IMG/VR virus record: IMGVR_UViG_3300030419_004548 | Span: 1-59,342 of that record | Direction: 5' to 3' (one strand) | Source of the DNA: a virus | Taxonomy: Duplodnaviria > Caudoviricetes | Length of the DNA: 59,342 nt | Shown: piece by piece, positions 19,031-28,806 of the stretch | How the letters are laid out: every line of letters begins with the position of its first letter | Position numbering within the stretch: the stretch's first letter is position 1 | Program-made: the position numbers and the translations under genes | Notes under the pieces: generated by a model | What the model was told of the DNA's origin: nothing | Databases searched by the model: none | What the model saw: the letters and a program-made list of their open reading frames with translations, nothing else

Positions 19031-20341
19031 CTATTTCACCTTTTTAAGTTTAGGTAATTTCACACTATTTTCTTTTTTCTGTAACTTGGGTAAATTAACT
19101 GCTACGTGTTCAGGTATGTTTTCTACGTAAGGTTTAATTATCTTAGCCAACTTTTCTGTCATACCGTTTAGTGTAAATTGTTCATTAGCAATCTTCTGAG
19201 CATATGATTTTGTTAACCACTTATCATAGTTAGTAAATATGTCTTTTAGAAAATGAGAACCTGCCGCAAAATCTACCTGAAACCATTGTGCACCTTCAAA
19301 CATATAATCTTTAGGTATAGAATCTTTATGCACATCAACTAAAGCTCCTGGCAACATAGCAGACATTTCTTTATCAAGAAAATCTACGTGACCTGAAAAA
19401 TTAGGTGCTATGATAGGTTTACCTGTAGTACTAAACTCTAATAAGGGTCTACCAAATCCTTCACCTTTAGTAAAACTAACCATAGATTTTATTTTAGGGT
19501 GATTATATAATTCATTCATTTGTGTATCAGACAACTCTCCGTGTAATAAATAAATAGAAGGAGCTTTCTTATACACACATTGTTCTTTTACTTCTTTAAT
19601 GCTGTTCATTAAATCATATTTGTCTATAGGACTATGTGTGCCTCTTGAAGTTTTCAATACTAATGCGGGTGCATTATCAGTATTCTTAAACGTTTCTATA
19701 AAAGTCTTGACTAAACTTGCAACATCTTTTCTATCGTGTCCAAATGGACCAGGTAACCAATGTCCTGTAAATAGATATGCAAAATCTTCTTTTATAGAAC
19801 CAAGTTCATTTGCTATGCTTTCACTATACTCATCCGTCTTCTTGTATATAGTTTCATCATATCCTTCAAATAAAACTTCGATAGGTTTACTACATTTAAT
19901 TGTACCTGCTTTGTTTCCCTTCTCATCTTTTTTATCAAATGAAGATGAACCCATAACCGTCTTAACAAATTCAGAAGGGACTATATTCAAGTCCATTCTA
20001 TTCATCGCATCTACCCAATTAGGATGAGGTAGTGTCCATTCAACTCCGGCAGTAACACCTATATTAACTTTACCAATATTTTGAAATTCAGTTGGTACAC
20101 TAACGTGAAAATGTATATCAGGCTGTCTTTCGATACGACCATCTATAGACAATGTTTCTATGATTCTTTTATCTCTTTCATCATCTGAATTAAGAGCATT
20201 TTGAGGAGTGTTGCCCCATCTGATAGGTAATGTCTTTACTTGGTAACCTAAATCTAAAAGTGAAATTACTATATCTCTTGCGTGTGAACCATAACCACTA
20301 CGAGTACCTACAGGTCCTATAACTGAAACTAATTTACTCAT
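19031..20341 (-). CDS. Glycosyltransferase, GT-B/GT4-like
   Basis: SGYGSHAR, PSEF, RKDV, KGEGFGRPLLEF..TGKPIIA..SGHVDF. Confidence 0.85.
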   Translation of the reverse strand: MSKLVSVIGPVGTRSGYGSHARDIVISLLDLGYQVKTLPIRWGNTPQNALNSDDERDKRIIETLSIDGRIERQPDIHFHVSVPTEFQNIGKVNIGVTAGVEWTLPHPNWVDAMNRMDLNIVPSEFVKTVMGSSSFDKKDEKGNKAGTIKCSKPIEVLFEGYDETIYKKTDEYSESIANELGSIKEDFAYLFTGHWLPGPFGHDRKDVASLVKTFIETFKNTDNAPALVLKTSRGTHSPIDKYDLMNSIKEVKEQCVYKKAPSIYLLHGELSDTQMNELYNHPKIKSMVSFTKGEGFGRPLLEFSTTGKPIIAPNFSGHVDFLDKEMSAMLPGALVDVHKDSIPKDYMFEGAQWFQVDFAAGSHFLKDIFTNYDKWLTKSYAQKIANEQFTLNGMTEKLAKIIKPYVENIPEHVAVNLPKLQKKENSVKLPKLKKVK

Positions 20342-20342
20342 C

Positions 20343-21806
20343 TTAAACCTCGTATAACTGAAATTGTTTAATCGGCTTCCACTCTTTAAATGTAGTGTCT
20401 ATCGATTCTATAAAAGCTTTTCCCATATTCTTTGCTGATAAAGAAGTCTCAGGTAACAAACAATATTCTCTTCCTGCTTTACCTGCTTTCTGTCTGTATT
20501 CAGCTGAATGCTTATACCACTCATATAGTCTATCACCCGCATCTTCCCATTTAGGTCTGTCATCAAATATGTATGGTGTCTGTGGTGAACCTTGTAATGA
20601 ACGAGATGCAGGCCAAACAGGCTTTACCCATTCACCGTGTTCTGTATATCTACCATCGTGATTAGAACCCCACTCTTTTGTATAATCTTCTTTCATTAAA
20701 AGTGAACCATCTTCTTTTCTAAATCCACATTGGTCTTGCATTCCACCTGTAACGTTAACAACAATCGGTGTTCCTGCCATTAATGATTCTGCTGTACCAA
20801 GTCCGAATCCTTCATTAGATGCTATGTTAATTGTAACATCAGATATATTGTAAAGTATATTCATATCATCTTCATCTAATCTTTGTGGTATAAACATAAC
20901 TTCAGCGTTTGGACAATTATGTCTAACGACCTCTACTAAATCTGTACCGTTATTATCAACAGGTGCTGTTTTCATTATCAACAAACAATCTTTTCTTTCT
21001 TCGTCTGATAATTTATTTAACATATGTGCATATGCTAATACTACATCACCTGGCAGTTTTCTACGTATGTTTCTATTATTCCACAACACAACAAATTTAG
21101 TATTTTTATTTCTGATATTGTCGTCTTTCCATTTCATCATTTTATCATACGATTCTTTGTTTTTAGAATCAATAGGAAAGAATACTTTTTCATTAATACC
21201 ATGAGGTACAAGTGTATTCTGCCAATCTTTTACAGGAACATTCTTTCTAACGTTACGTACAATATTCCAAGTTTGTTTTGTTATGTTCATCAAACAATCT
21301 ACTGATTCATAGAAAGGTTCATTCCACATTGGATATGGTAAGTCATCCCAAATATTATAATAAAGAATTGGAATTCTTGAACGAATCTCGTGACTCATAT
21401 CAAACATAAATCTCCAAAATCTTGGGTCAGTATAAATTATTATAGCATCGGGATGATAATGATTCATCAGTTCTCTAACTAAAGTATCACTTCCGTATCC
21501 TGATATAGGATGTACAATTAGATTAGCATCTTCTACACCTGTTTTTGTTCTCAAGTCGTCAGAGCAATTAAATATTTGACCTTCTTCAGGATGTTTAATA
21601 GCACCACCTGCTTGTATCCAATCATACTTGTGACAAGTTTGTCTTATCATTTCTAAAGACATAACTCCTACACCTGATGCCATTCTACAATCATCAGAAA
21701 ATAATAATATCTTTTTCTTACCTGATGGACTCTTTCCTCTTAAATCAGATAACGGTTCTGCTTTAGCAGATACCTTTTTTAATTTAGGTAATTTTATATC
21801 AGCCAT
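20343..21806 (-). CDS. Glycosyltransferase, GT4-like
   Basis: SGVG, PHGIN, NRNIRRK, NEGFGLGTAESLMAGTPIV. Confidence 0.9.
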   Translation of the reverse strand: MADIKLPKLKKVSAKAEPLSDLRGKSPSGKKKILLFSDDCRMASGVGVMSLEMIRQTCHKYDWIQAGGAIKHPEEGQIFNCSDDLRTKTGVEDANLIVHPISGYGSDTLVRELMNHYHPDAIIIYTDPRFWRFMFDMSHEIRSRIPILYYNIWDDLPYPMWNEPFYESVDCLMNITKQTWNIVRNVRKNVPVKDWQNTLVPHGINEKVFFPIDSKNKESYDKMMKWKDDNIRNKNTKFVVLWNNRNIRRKLPGDVVLAYAHMLNKLSDEERKDCLLIMKTAPVDNNGTDLVEVVRHNCPNAEVMFIPQRLDEDDMNILYNISDVTINIASNEGFGLGTAESLMAGTPIVVNVTGGMQDQCGFRKEDGSLLMKEDYTKEWGSNHDGRYTEHGEWVKPVWPASRSLQGSPQTPYIFDDRPKWEDAGDRLYEWYKHSAEYRQKAGKAGREYCLLPETSLSAKNMGKAFIESIDTTFKEWKPIKQFQLYEV

Positions 21807-22038
21807 TTATAACCTCTTTATCATTCATCTTTTTATTAAGTGGAAAAAACTTTTCTAAGATTTCCAACTTGTCATTGTATTCAGACATAACATCAATTTC
21901 TTTTTCAATAGTTTCCATTATATCAGGATGTTCGGCAACTCCTGCGGGATTATTTAAAAGATTTTCTACGTTCATTCTGTGTCTTTCTATATGTGCTTTA
22001 AATTGTAAAGCACTCGCCTGTATTAATTCATCTCTCAT
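21799..22038 (-). CDS. Conserved small phage protein
   Basis: NPAGVAEHPDIMETIEKE motif, recalled from marine phage hypotheticals. Confidence 0.65.
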   Translation of the reverse strand: MRDELIQASALQFKAHIERHRMNVENLLNNPAGVAEHPDIMETIEKEIDVMSEYNDKLEILEKFFPLNKKMNDKEVING

Positions 22039-22238
22039 AGATTTCTACTCCCTGATACTGCTAAGTTATTATATTCAAATATTTTTTCTTTAAAGGAATT
22101 GTCGCTCATATATAAATCCATACATCTGTTTACAAGTTTTTGTAAAGTGAACTCATCATCCATTGCTTTTACTTTGAATTTATGATAAAGTGGTTTGTAT
22201 ATTTTGACCGAGGTTAATTTTAATTCAGATTTTTGCAT
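22035..22238 (-). CDS. Small ribbon-helix-helix-like DNA-binding protein
   Basis: LTSVKIY strand followed by two helices (LYHKFKVKA, LQKLVNRCMDLY). Confidence 0.55.
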   Translation of the reverse strand: MQKSELKLTSVKIYKPLYHKFKVKAMDDEFTLQKLVNRCMDLYMSDNSFKEKIFEYNNLAVSGSRNL

Positions 22239-22259
22239 AACATTTCTCTCATATATCTA

Positions 22260-22269
22260 TATATAAATA
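22260..22269 (-). promoter_or_regulatory. Putative promoter motif TATTTATATA
   Basis: 21 nt upstream of the ATG at 22238; heads the glycosylation operon. Confidence 0.55.
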
Positions 22270-22273
22270 TATG

Positions 22274-22684
22274 TTAACCCGAGATTATTACAAAACTTTT
22301 TTCTAATTCTTCAGCATACTTTAAAGCAGATTTTGTTCCGTTAGTTACATTCGTAGGAACAAATGCTATTACCATATCTGAATGTTCAACTAACTTTTTA
22401 TTACGACTATGATAGTTACCAACGTTATATGGTCTACCATAATAAAATCTTTCTAATACACAATGTAAATTATATGGTTCGTGATATGGTGGAAACTCGT
22501 GATACTCTAAATCAAAATCTAAAGCATATCTCTTTGCATATTTATCAGCACCATACTTTGCACCGCCTGAAACAATTATAACTTCTCCATTATACTTTTC
22601 TTTTAGTTTATAAATAAACTCTTGTATCTTTCTTTTGTTTGTGTATTCTCTGCTACCAATAATAGCACACTTAATCTTTGACAT
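22274..22684 (-). CDS. SLOG family protein (DUF2493/YspA-like)
   Basis: AIIGSR, VSGGAKYGAD, RNKKLV..SDMVIAF, GT. Confidence 0.8.
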   Translation of the reverse strand: MSKIKCAIIGSREYTNKRKIQEFIYKLKEKYNGEVIIVSGGAKYGADKYAKRYALDFDLEYHEFPPYHEPYNLHCVLERFYYGRPYNVGNYHSRNKKLVEHSDMVIAFVPTNVTNGTKSALKYAEELEKSFVIISG

Positions 22685-23180
22685 TTTTCTCCGGCTTTGG
22701 TGATGTTACAAAAACGGCCGCATCGTTGAATGCTTTCAAGCCAACAAATATATCTGCAGGTTCTTTATAATAAGAAGCATATGTATATTGACCTAAGTCT
22801 CTATGTTTTTCAGGTAATAAATTCATCCATATATGGTCTTGCGGTCTAACTTTTTCTATAGGTATTATCTCTGTTTTATGTGTTAATTTATCTGTTATAA
22901 AATCAGAAAATTCTTTGACTTTTATTGTTTCAACTTTATCATATACAAAAACGTGATGTACTCTTAACTTTAAAGTTTGTTCTACTTTTTGTAAATAGTA
23001 AATAACATAATCTCTGAGTGGTTTTGAATCATCAATAAAGTCATCTAAAAACATTCTGATACTAACTTTAACATCTCTATACTGCATAATCTTCTCCGTA
23101 AAATATATAGTTTCTCTGACCTTTAAACCTTGAATTAGGTCTGTCCATACGTTTTGCTGATACTTCATATAATTCTTCAT
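22671..23180 (-). CDS. Hypothetical protein
   Basis: ORF; true start probably internal (MQYRDVK) given the overlap with the upstream gene. Confidence 0.55.
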   Translation of the reverse strand: MKNYMKYQQNVWTDLIQGLKVRETIYFTEKIMQYRDVKVSIRMFLDDFIDDSKPLRDYVIYYLQKVEQTLKLRVHHVFVYDKVETIKVKEFSDFITDKLTHKTEIIPIEKVRPQDHIWMNLLPEKHRDLGQYTYASYYKEPADIFVGLKAFNDAAVFVTSPKPEKNVKD

Positions 23181-23883
23181 CTAATACCATACCCATAGAT
23201 TTTATATCTTCTATTATTTGCTGATGTTGTTTTCTGTATCTATAATATGAAGAATTTTTATGTTGAGGGTTAGGGAACAACTCAATTAATAGTGACTTCA
23301 AATTAGGTATAGTTTCTAAAGCACCTGCTACTACATCAGGTTCAGCACCATCAACGTCTACTTTCAAGTGTGTTGGATATGTCAAACCTTGTTTTACTAA
23401 ATTATCGATACTATCAACTACACATCCCGATTTATACCAAACACCTAATCTATGTTTAGACATTGCACTTACTTCTATTTCATTGGCACTACTTCCTGGG
23501 TCTGCATTATTTAAATGATTTAGAGTAGTGTAAGCAAACTCACTACCTATCCCCATAGGAAAAGATGTAATCTTATCAGATACTTTATTTAAAAGTATAT
23601 TCTGTTCTAAAACATTAATGTTATAACTTGCGGGTTCAAATGCTACAACTTGTACACCTCTTCTAACTGCAGCATAAATACTATAACTTCCGACACAAGC
23701 TCCAACATCCCACAACACATCGTCTTCTTCCATTCTATCTAACCAAGTAATAGTTTCAGGTTCCTTAGTCATCAGAGTTTTTGCTCGCATACCTAAGAAA
23801 GAGTCTTCATTATCTATTATAAAGTAAATAACATCACCATTAATAAATGTTCGTTTATTAGTCTTAAATTTTGTTTTAATCAT
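23077..23883 (-). CDS. FkbM family methyltransferase
   Basis: KEPETITW, WDVGACVGSYS, AFEP, LKVDVDGAE, LLIE. Confidence 0.9.
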   Translation of the reverse strand: MIKTKFKTNKRTFINGDVIYFIIDNEDSFLGMRAKTLMTKEPETITWLDRMEEDDVLWDVGACVGSYSIYAAVRRGVQVVAFEPASYNINVLEQNILLNKVSDKITSFPMGIGSEFAYTTLNHLNNADPGSSANEIEVSAMSKHRLGVWYKSGCVVDSIDNLVKQGLTYPTHLKVDVDGAEPDVVAGALETIPNLKSLLIELFPNPQHKNSSYYRYRKQHQQIIEDIKSMGMVLDEELYEVSAKRMDRPNSRFKGQRNYIFYGEDYAV

Positions 23884-24716
23884 AAATCTTTACACTTTGT
23901 AAATGCTTTACATTTTCCTACACATTTTTTGTATTCTATGTTTTTAACCTGCCCGGACTCATCATAACAAGAATCTAAGAACTCTTCAAATCTTGCTCTC
24001 ATCTTATTCATACTTGGAGTACCATTAGCAGGAACGTGTCTTTGTATTCTCTTCTGAGGAAAGTCTAAATTCTCATACAACTTTCTTTTGAAGATTAAAA
24101 ACTCGATATCAATCATTTCTACAGGAACGTTATGTTTTTTCGAATAGTATTCTTTGTACAATAATAATTGGTCACTCTTTACAGCATTTGCTTTCTGATA
24201 TTTATTCCAACCCATTGTTGCTGTCTTGATGTCAATGATTTTTATCTTACCACTTATCTCATCTTTCATTACTACATCAAGAAATCCAAGAAAGTGTAAA
24301 TCACCACGTATAGGTATAGCCAATCTTTCTTCTATGCCAAGAAGTGTCCAATTTCTTTTACTGAAGTATTGGTTACGTTTCTTTCTGAACCAATCTATTA
24401 TCTCTAATCCTTGTTCATAAAACTCAACCATATCTTCTCTTTTTACTAAGTGTAACTTTTCAGTTTCTACTATTTCTTTATCGTAAAACTCTTTCATTTT
24501 ACGTCTTAGTAAATCTTCTAAGTTTTGTTGGTCTGCTTCTTTAGCAGTAAAGTTATACATACAACCAAGATAAAGTTGAATTACTTCGTGCATAGCACTA
24601 CCAAAGATAGTGTGTATCGAAGGTTCACTTGTTTTAATCTTGTCTACGTATTGTAACTTCCACTGATAAGGACATTGATTCCAAAGTGAATATTGACTAT
24701 AACTTACTTGTCTCAT
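23880..24716 (-). CDS. PD-(D/E)xK nuclease (RecB/Cas4-like exonuclease)
   Basis: SYSQ..CP, FGSAMHE, GFLD, IIDIKT, QLLLY, C-terminal cysteines. Confidence 0.85.
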   Translation of the reverse strand: MRQVSYSQYSLWNQCPYQWKLQYVDKIKTSEPSIHTIFGSAMHEVIQLYLGCMYNFTAKEADQQNLEDLLRRKMKEFYDKEIVETEKLHLVKREDMVEFYEQGLEIIDWFRKKRNQYFSKRNWTLLGIEERLAIPIRGDLHFLGFLDVVMKDEISGKIKIIDIKTATMGWNKYQKANAVKSDQLLLYKEYYSKKHNVPVEMIDIEFLIFKRKLYENLDFPQKRIQRHVPANGTPSMNKMRARFEEFLDSCYDESGQVKNIEYKKCVGKCKAFTKCKDL

Positions 24717-24826
24717 TTGTTTTTGAATCTTTCTTCAAGTTTATCTGCTAACCAATCTACTATATCAGTAGACCATACTAAAAACATTATAGCTAAAAAT
24801 GTGCCCCACGATTCTAATGTACTCAT
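24713..24826 (-). CDS. Small membrane peptide (37 aa)
   Basis: Hand-translated MSTLESWGTFLAIMFLVWSTDIVDWLADKLEERFKNK; TAATG and ATGA coupling on either side. Confidence 0.6.
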   Translation of the reverse strand: MSTLESWGTFLAIMFLVWSTDIVDWLADKLEERFKNK

Positions 24827-25251
24827 TACTTACCCCACTTTCCACGACCAACAAGTGTCGCCATTATTCCATAGTTTGAAACATCAAGATAAGCATCTTC
24901 AAGAGGTTCATCTTTTACTGCTGAATCACGACCTGTCATTATAAGAGTTTTAACTCTCTGTAGTTTGTCGTTCATACGAAACCAAAGACCTGTAAGTGAT
25001 AACTTTATTTCTTCAGGTGTTTTTAATTGTGTACCAACTGAAATATTACCCGGACCATAATCGTGTTGTTTGTGACAAAACAATTCATATTGTTCTCTCT
25101 GTAATTTTTTGAACTCAGCAGTCATCTCAGGCCATTCTTTTTCCATTAGTGTCACAATATCACTATCTGATTTATCTTTATACACTTTTTTAGTGCTAGC
25201 TTCTTTTATTGTTTTAGGCATATTAACTCCATTACTTTTTAAATTTTTCAT
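24826..25251 (-). CDS. Nucleotide modification associated domain 1 (DUF1599) protein
   Basis: KQHDYGPGNI, FRMNDKLQR, LEDAYLDVSNYGIM. Confidence 0.8.
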   Translation of the reverse strand: MKNLKSNGVNMPKTIKEASTKKVYKDKSDSDIVTLMEKEWPEMTAEFKKLQREQYELFCHKQHDYGPGNISVGTQLKTPEEIKLSLTGLWFRMNDKLQRVKTLIMTGRDSAVKDEPLEDAYLDVSNYGIMATLVGRGKWGK

Positions 25252-25840
25252 CTTTATAAGGGAAAGGTTCTTTTAATTTTTCTACTCTTGAATCATCTTG
25301 AAACCAAGCTACAATACTATATTTTGTACCACTCACTAAAGGACTTACTTGATGTGTAGAATGTCCTGAATATGCGACACCATCACCCATTCCTAATTTT
25401 AAATTTGGGTCAGATTTAAGTTGAAAGTCTGCACCATCGTGTTCATCAGAGTCACTTAAATTAATAGAAAATGATACAAAACTAATTCTACCTTCTGCGT
25501 GCCACGAGAGTCCATCACCCGGTCTTCTGTATTTCATTATGTGCCAATACCGTGGTTTATGAATATTTGTTTCGTAGTAAAATTCTAACTTTTTTCTTAG
25601 TTTTTCAAAAAAGTGAGGGAACTCTTTAAATGACCAATATTGTCTATCAACTTCATACAAGCCTTTGTCAGGTCTTCGTAACTTGACGAGGTCTGCACCT
25701 CCACCATCAGGAAATATTTCTGTTAACCTACGTATTTCCATACACTCTTCTCTACTCAAAATATTCTTAATATGTAAGTCAGGTTGAGTAGGATATACTA
25801 ATGGTACTCCTGCAGAATTTTTTATGATTCGTTGTGTCAT
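25232..25840 (-). CDS. 2OG-Fe(II) oxygenase
   Basis: KY..GDGLSWHAE, SINLS...DGADF, HQVSPLVSGTKYSIVAW. Confidence 0.8.
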   Translation of the reverse strand: MTQRIIKNSAGVPLVYPTQPDLHIKNILSREECMEIRRLTEIFPDGGGADLVKLRRPDKGLYEVDRQYWSFKEFPHFFEKLRKKLEFYYETNIHKPRYWHIMKYRRPGDGLSWHAEGRISFVSFSINLSDSDEHDGADFQLKSDPNLKLGMGDGVAYSGHSTHQVSPLVSGTKYSIVAWFQDDSRVEKLKEPFPYKDEKFKK

Positions 25841-26424
25841 ATTATCTCGTCAATTATTCCTACTTCAAGTGCCTGTTCGGCGGTCAAGTAACTATCAAAT
25901 TTATTAATATTTTCCCAATATTCAAAGTCTTTTTTTGTAACTTCTGCCATTAATTTATTACATCTATCCGTTAAGTCCTTGAAGTGTTCTGATGCTCTTT
26001 GAAAGTCAGCTACTTTTTCTTGTATACCAATCTGACCATCGTGAACCATTATACTTGAATGTTTATGTGCTTGTCGTTTCCCTGTTCCTGAAGCAAGTAT
26101 TACTGCTCCTGCACTCATACAAGTACCAAGACAAATAGTATTTACCTTTACAGGTAAACTTCTCATCTTATCTATAAGTCCAAACATAGCATATGTATCA
26201 CCACCAAATGAATTGATGTTTAGATTTATATCTGCTTTAGGATTAAATCTATGTAATATGTCCATATGTATCGCACCTGAATGTAAAGTCTCTCCACCTA
26301 TATCACCTGCCAAGTATAAAGTGTTTGTATCTGTATTGATTCCCCACTCTAACTCTTTCATCAACATTTCGTGAAAGTTTCTGTAACCTTCATTTGCTTG
26401 TAAATTTCTAAGATTCATAATCAT
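25837..26424 (-). CDS. ClpP-like serine protease
   Basis: INSFGG, CMSAG (Ser), MVHD (His), DSYLTAEQALEVGIIDEI (Asp). Confidence 0.9.
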   Translation of the reverse strand: MIMNLRNLQANEGYRNFHEMLMKELEWGINTDTNTLYLAGDIGGETLHSGAIHMDILHRFNPKADINLNINSFGGDTYAMFGLIDKMRSLPVKVNTICLGTCMSAGAVILASGTGKRQAHKHSSIMVHDGQIGIQEKVADFQRASEHFKDLTDRCNKLMAEVTKKDFEYWENINKFDSYLTAEQALEVGIIDEII

Positions 26425-26875
26425 ATACCTTACGTATGTCTTTCGCGGCTATGCCGTATCTTGTTAGTACTTCATATAGTTCTAATTTACCACCTTCAGA
26501 TACCATATACATTTCCATAGCATCGTGTGCTTCTGTCATAGAAATCTCAAAGTGTTTAGATACTATCTCTATCCATTGTTTAGGCCAATTCATACTTTTA
26601 TCCTTACCTATGTATTTAAAAAAAATTGATTTGTTCGGCAACAACTCTGACCACAATAAAAAGTGATACTTGTCTTTTAGTTTTGACGAACCTTGCATTA
26701 TTTGTATGTCATTTACTAATGTGATAAAGTCGGGCTCCATAGATAAGTACCGATTTATCATATATTGACTATACTTTTTTTTAGTGTCATCAAGTGAGTT
26801 CCAAAAGTTTTCATTATGATGATAACCAAACTTTGTTAATCGTTTCAAAAAGTCATAAAAACTTTTGACCGTCAC
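26408..26875 (-). CDS. Clamp loader small subunit (T4 gp62-like)
   Basis: YSQYMINRYLSM motif; immediately follows the gp44-like gene. Confidence 0.7.
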   Translation of the reverse strand: MTVKSFYDFLKRLTKFGYHHNENFWNSLDDTKKKYSQYMINRYLSMEPDFITLVNDIQIMQGSSKLKDKYHFLLWSELLPNKSIFFKYIGKDKSMNWPKQWIEIVSKHFEISMTEAHDAMEMYMVSEGGKLELYEVLTRYGIAAKDIRKVYDYES

Positions 26876-27810
26876 TTCAACACTCCCAACATTTCTACAA
26901 ACATAGCCATTATATTAATTTCTTTATCAACTGCCATACTATCCATATTCTGATAACGTGCTAATAATAAAATCAACTCAGCTTTCTTGCCATTCTCGTT
27001 TGTCAACTTATCCAATCTATCATACAACAAACTAAACAACGGAGTAAAGTCTCTAACTTTATTCTTCATTAATAATTTACGTATAGATACAAAGGCATCT
27101 TTTTTGTTCTGTGATTTATCACCTAACAATTCAACGAGTTTCAACTTGTAATCTGAATCTTGTAATTCTTCTACATCTGAATTTAACTTACCATCAATAG
27201 ATTGTTTCTGAAGATAGTTAATTACTCTTCTGATATCAGGATAACAAGCATCTATGATTGTAGCAATAGTTTCTACATCGTATTCTACGTTTTCTTGTTC
27301 AAGAACTTGTACACAATGTTTACCGACTTCAGACCTGTTGGGTGGAATCAATTCATAATCTTGACATCTACTTTGTAAAGGGTCAATTACTTTTTCTTTA
27401 TAGTTACAAGTCAAGATGAATTTACAATGAGCCGAATAAGACTCCATTAGATTCCTCAACGCCGCTTGTGCATTAACAGACATAAAATCACACTCATCTA
27501 ATATTACAATTTTAATATTAGATATTGCTGTAGAATATGTCATAGCAAAACCTTTAACTTTAGTTCTGATATTATCTACATTGTTCTCATCTGAAGCATT
27601 GATGTATAAATAATCACAATCAATATTCTTTACAAGAATCTTTGCAAGTGTAGTTTTACCTGTACCTGCTTGTCCGTGAAACAAATAATGAGGCAAGTCG
27701 CCTTCTTCTATGTTTTTAGATATCTGTTTCTTGAGATGTTCATTCCCAATGTAATTATCAAGAACATCAGGACGATATTTCTCAACCCAAAGTGTGTTTG
27801 TTTTAGCCAT
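26872..27810 (-). CDS. Clamp loader ATPase (T4 gp44/RFC small subunit-like)
   Basis: WVEKYRP, GQAGTGKT, NASD, LDECD, AQAALR, SRC. Confidence 0.95.
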   Translation of the reverse strand: MAKTNTLWVEKYRPDVLDNYIGNEHLKKQISKNIEEGDLPHYLFHGQAGTGKTTLAKILVKNIDCDYLYINASDENNVDNIRTKVKGFAMTYSTAISNIKIVILDECDFMSVNAQAALRNLMESYSAHCKFILTCNYKEKVIDPLQSRCQDYELIPPNRSEVGKHCVQVLEQENVEYDVETIATIIDACYPDIRRVINYLQKQSIDGKLNSDVEELQDSDYKLKLVELLGDKSQNKKDAFVSIRKLLMKNKVRDFTPLFSLLYDRLDKLTNENGKKAELILLLARYQNMDSMAVDKEINIMAMFVEMLGVLK

Positions 27811-28514
27811 TACTTATCCAAAGCCACGAGATAATATTCTGAAGTATATTCTTTAGATGTAAATATACATCTCATAAGTCCCGCATTACTAACTGCAACA
27901 GAAATGCTGTCAGCATCTTTATTAGCAGATATTATTTTACTCATATGTTCAGATGAAAATGATTTTTCTTCTGCTTCAATTCCACTAACAACTTTTACAG
28001 GAACTCTTATCATATCTACGTTTTTAGTTTTATCATAATTGATGATAAATTCACTACCCACAATCGTAAAATGATTACTTTCTGAAATAGCATTACACCC
28101 TGTAACAAAAGAAGATGCTGAATCTTTACTAACATCTATTGTAAGTTCAAACTCAGGTACCTGTTTCAAACTTGATTGTTGAGGAAACACACTCAAATCA
28201 CCAAGAGTAAATTTAACTTCAGCATTTGAATCTTTCATCATTACAGATACTATTCTGTCATCTACTTTTTGATATTGTAAATTACAATCACCACTCAATA
28301 CTGATAACATTCTAACTAATCTCTCTGTATCGATGATGCCTAACTCTGCATCCGGTTCTTTAAAATCATTGAATTTTACCGTACCCAACATTTCTTTACC
28401 GTCAGTAGTAAAAGTAGTACTCAATGTATTATCTTTTATTTTCCAAATAGTATTTGAAATCAATCCACCAAGATGGTATTTTGATATAAAACTATCTAAG
28501 TATGTTATGTTCAT
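27810..28514 (-). CDS. Sliding clamp (gp45/PCNA-like)
   Basis: Size, beta-rich pattern, C-terminal SEYYLVA; position between polymerase and clamp loader. Confidence 0.7.
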   Translation of the reverse strand: MNITYLDSFISKYHLGGLISNTIWKIKDNTLSTTFTTDGKEMLGTVKFNDFKEPDAELGIIDTERLVRMLSVLSGDCNLQYQKVDDRIVSVMMKDSNAEVKFTLGDLSVFPQQSSLKQVPEFELTIDVSKDSASSFVTGCNAISESNHFTIVGSEFIINYDKTKNVDMIRVPVKVVSGIEAEEKSFSSEHMSKIISANKDADSISVAVSNAGLMRCIFTSKEYTSEYYLVALDK

Positions 28515-28530
28515 TTATAACCTCTTTCGT

Positions 28531-28806
28531 TTAATTTAATTGTCGTAAATATTCTAAAACTTCAAATTCTGTTTCTGTAGATGGAAACCCTGTAAATCCG
28601 TTTTCATCATTAATCATTACAAAAGGAAGTATTCCGATATCTTCTTTAAGTTCGTGTAAAGTGTCTTCTGCTTTCTGATACTCTTCGTTGTTTTCAGGTT
28701 GAGATATATCAATCGTTTTATATTCAAACTTATATCTTTCCATAAAAGAAACAGCATATTGACAATGCTTACAAGCTATCATTGAATTATAAAATATCTT
28801 AATCAA
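28531..28806 (-). CDS. Glutaredoxin-like protein
   Basis: CKHC active site, LPFVMIN..GF. Confidence 0.8.
   Translation of the reverse strand: MIKIFYNSMIACKHCQYAVSFMERYKFEYKTIDISQPENNEEYQKAEDTLHELKEDIGILPFVMINDENGFTGFPSTETEFEVLEYLRQLN

Noticed and set aside
3730-21806. Bacterial LPS/capsule locus (host contamination)
   Set aside because: Same strand, coupling, composition and motif avoidance as the phage genes; interleaved with phage hypotheticals; no export machinery
23880-24716. Cas4 as part of a CRISPR-Cas system
   Set aside because: No other cas genes or array; stand-alone Cas4/RecB-like nucleases are common in phages
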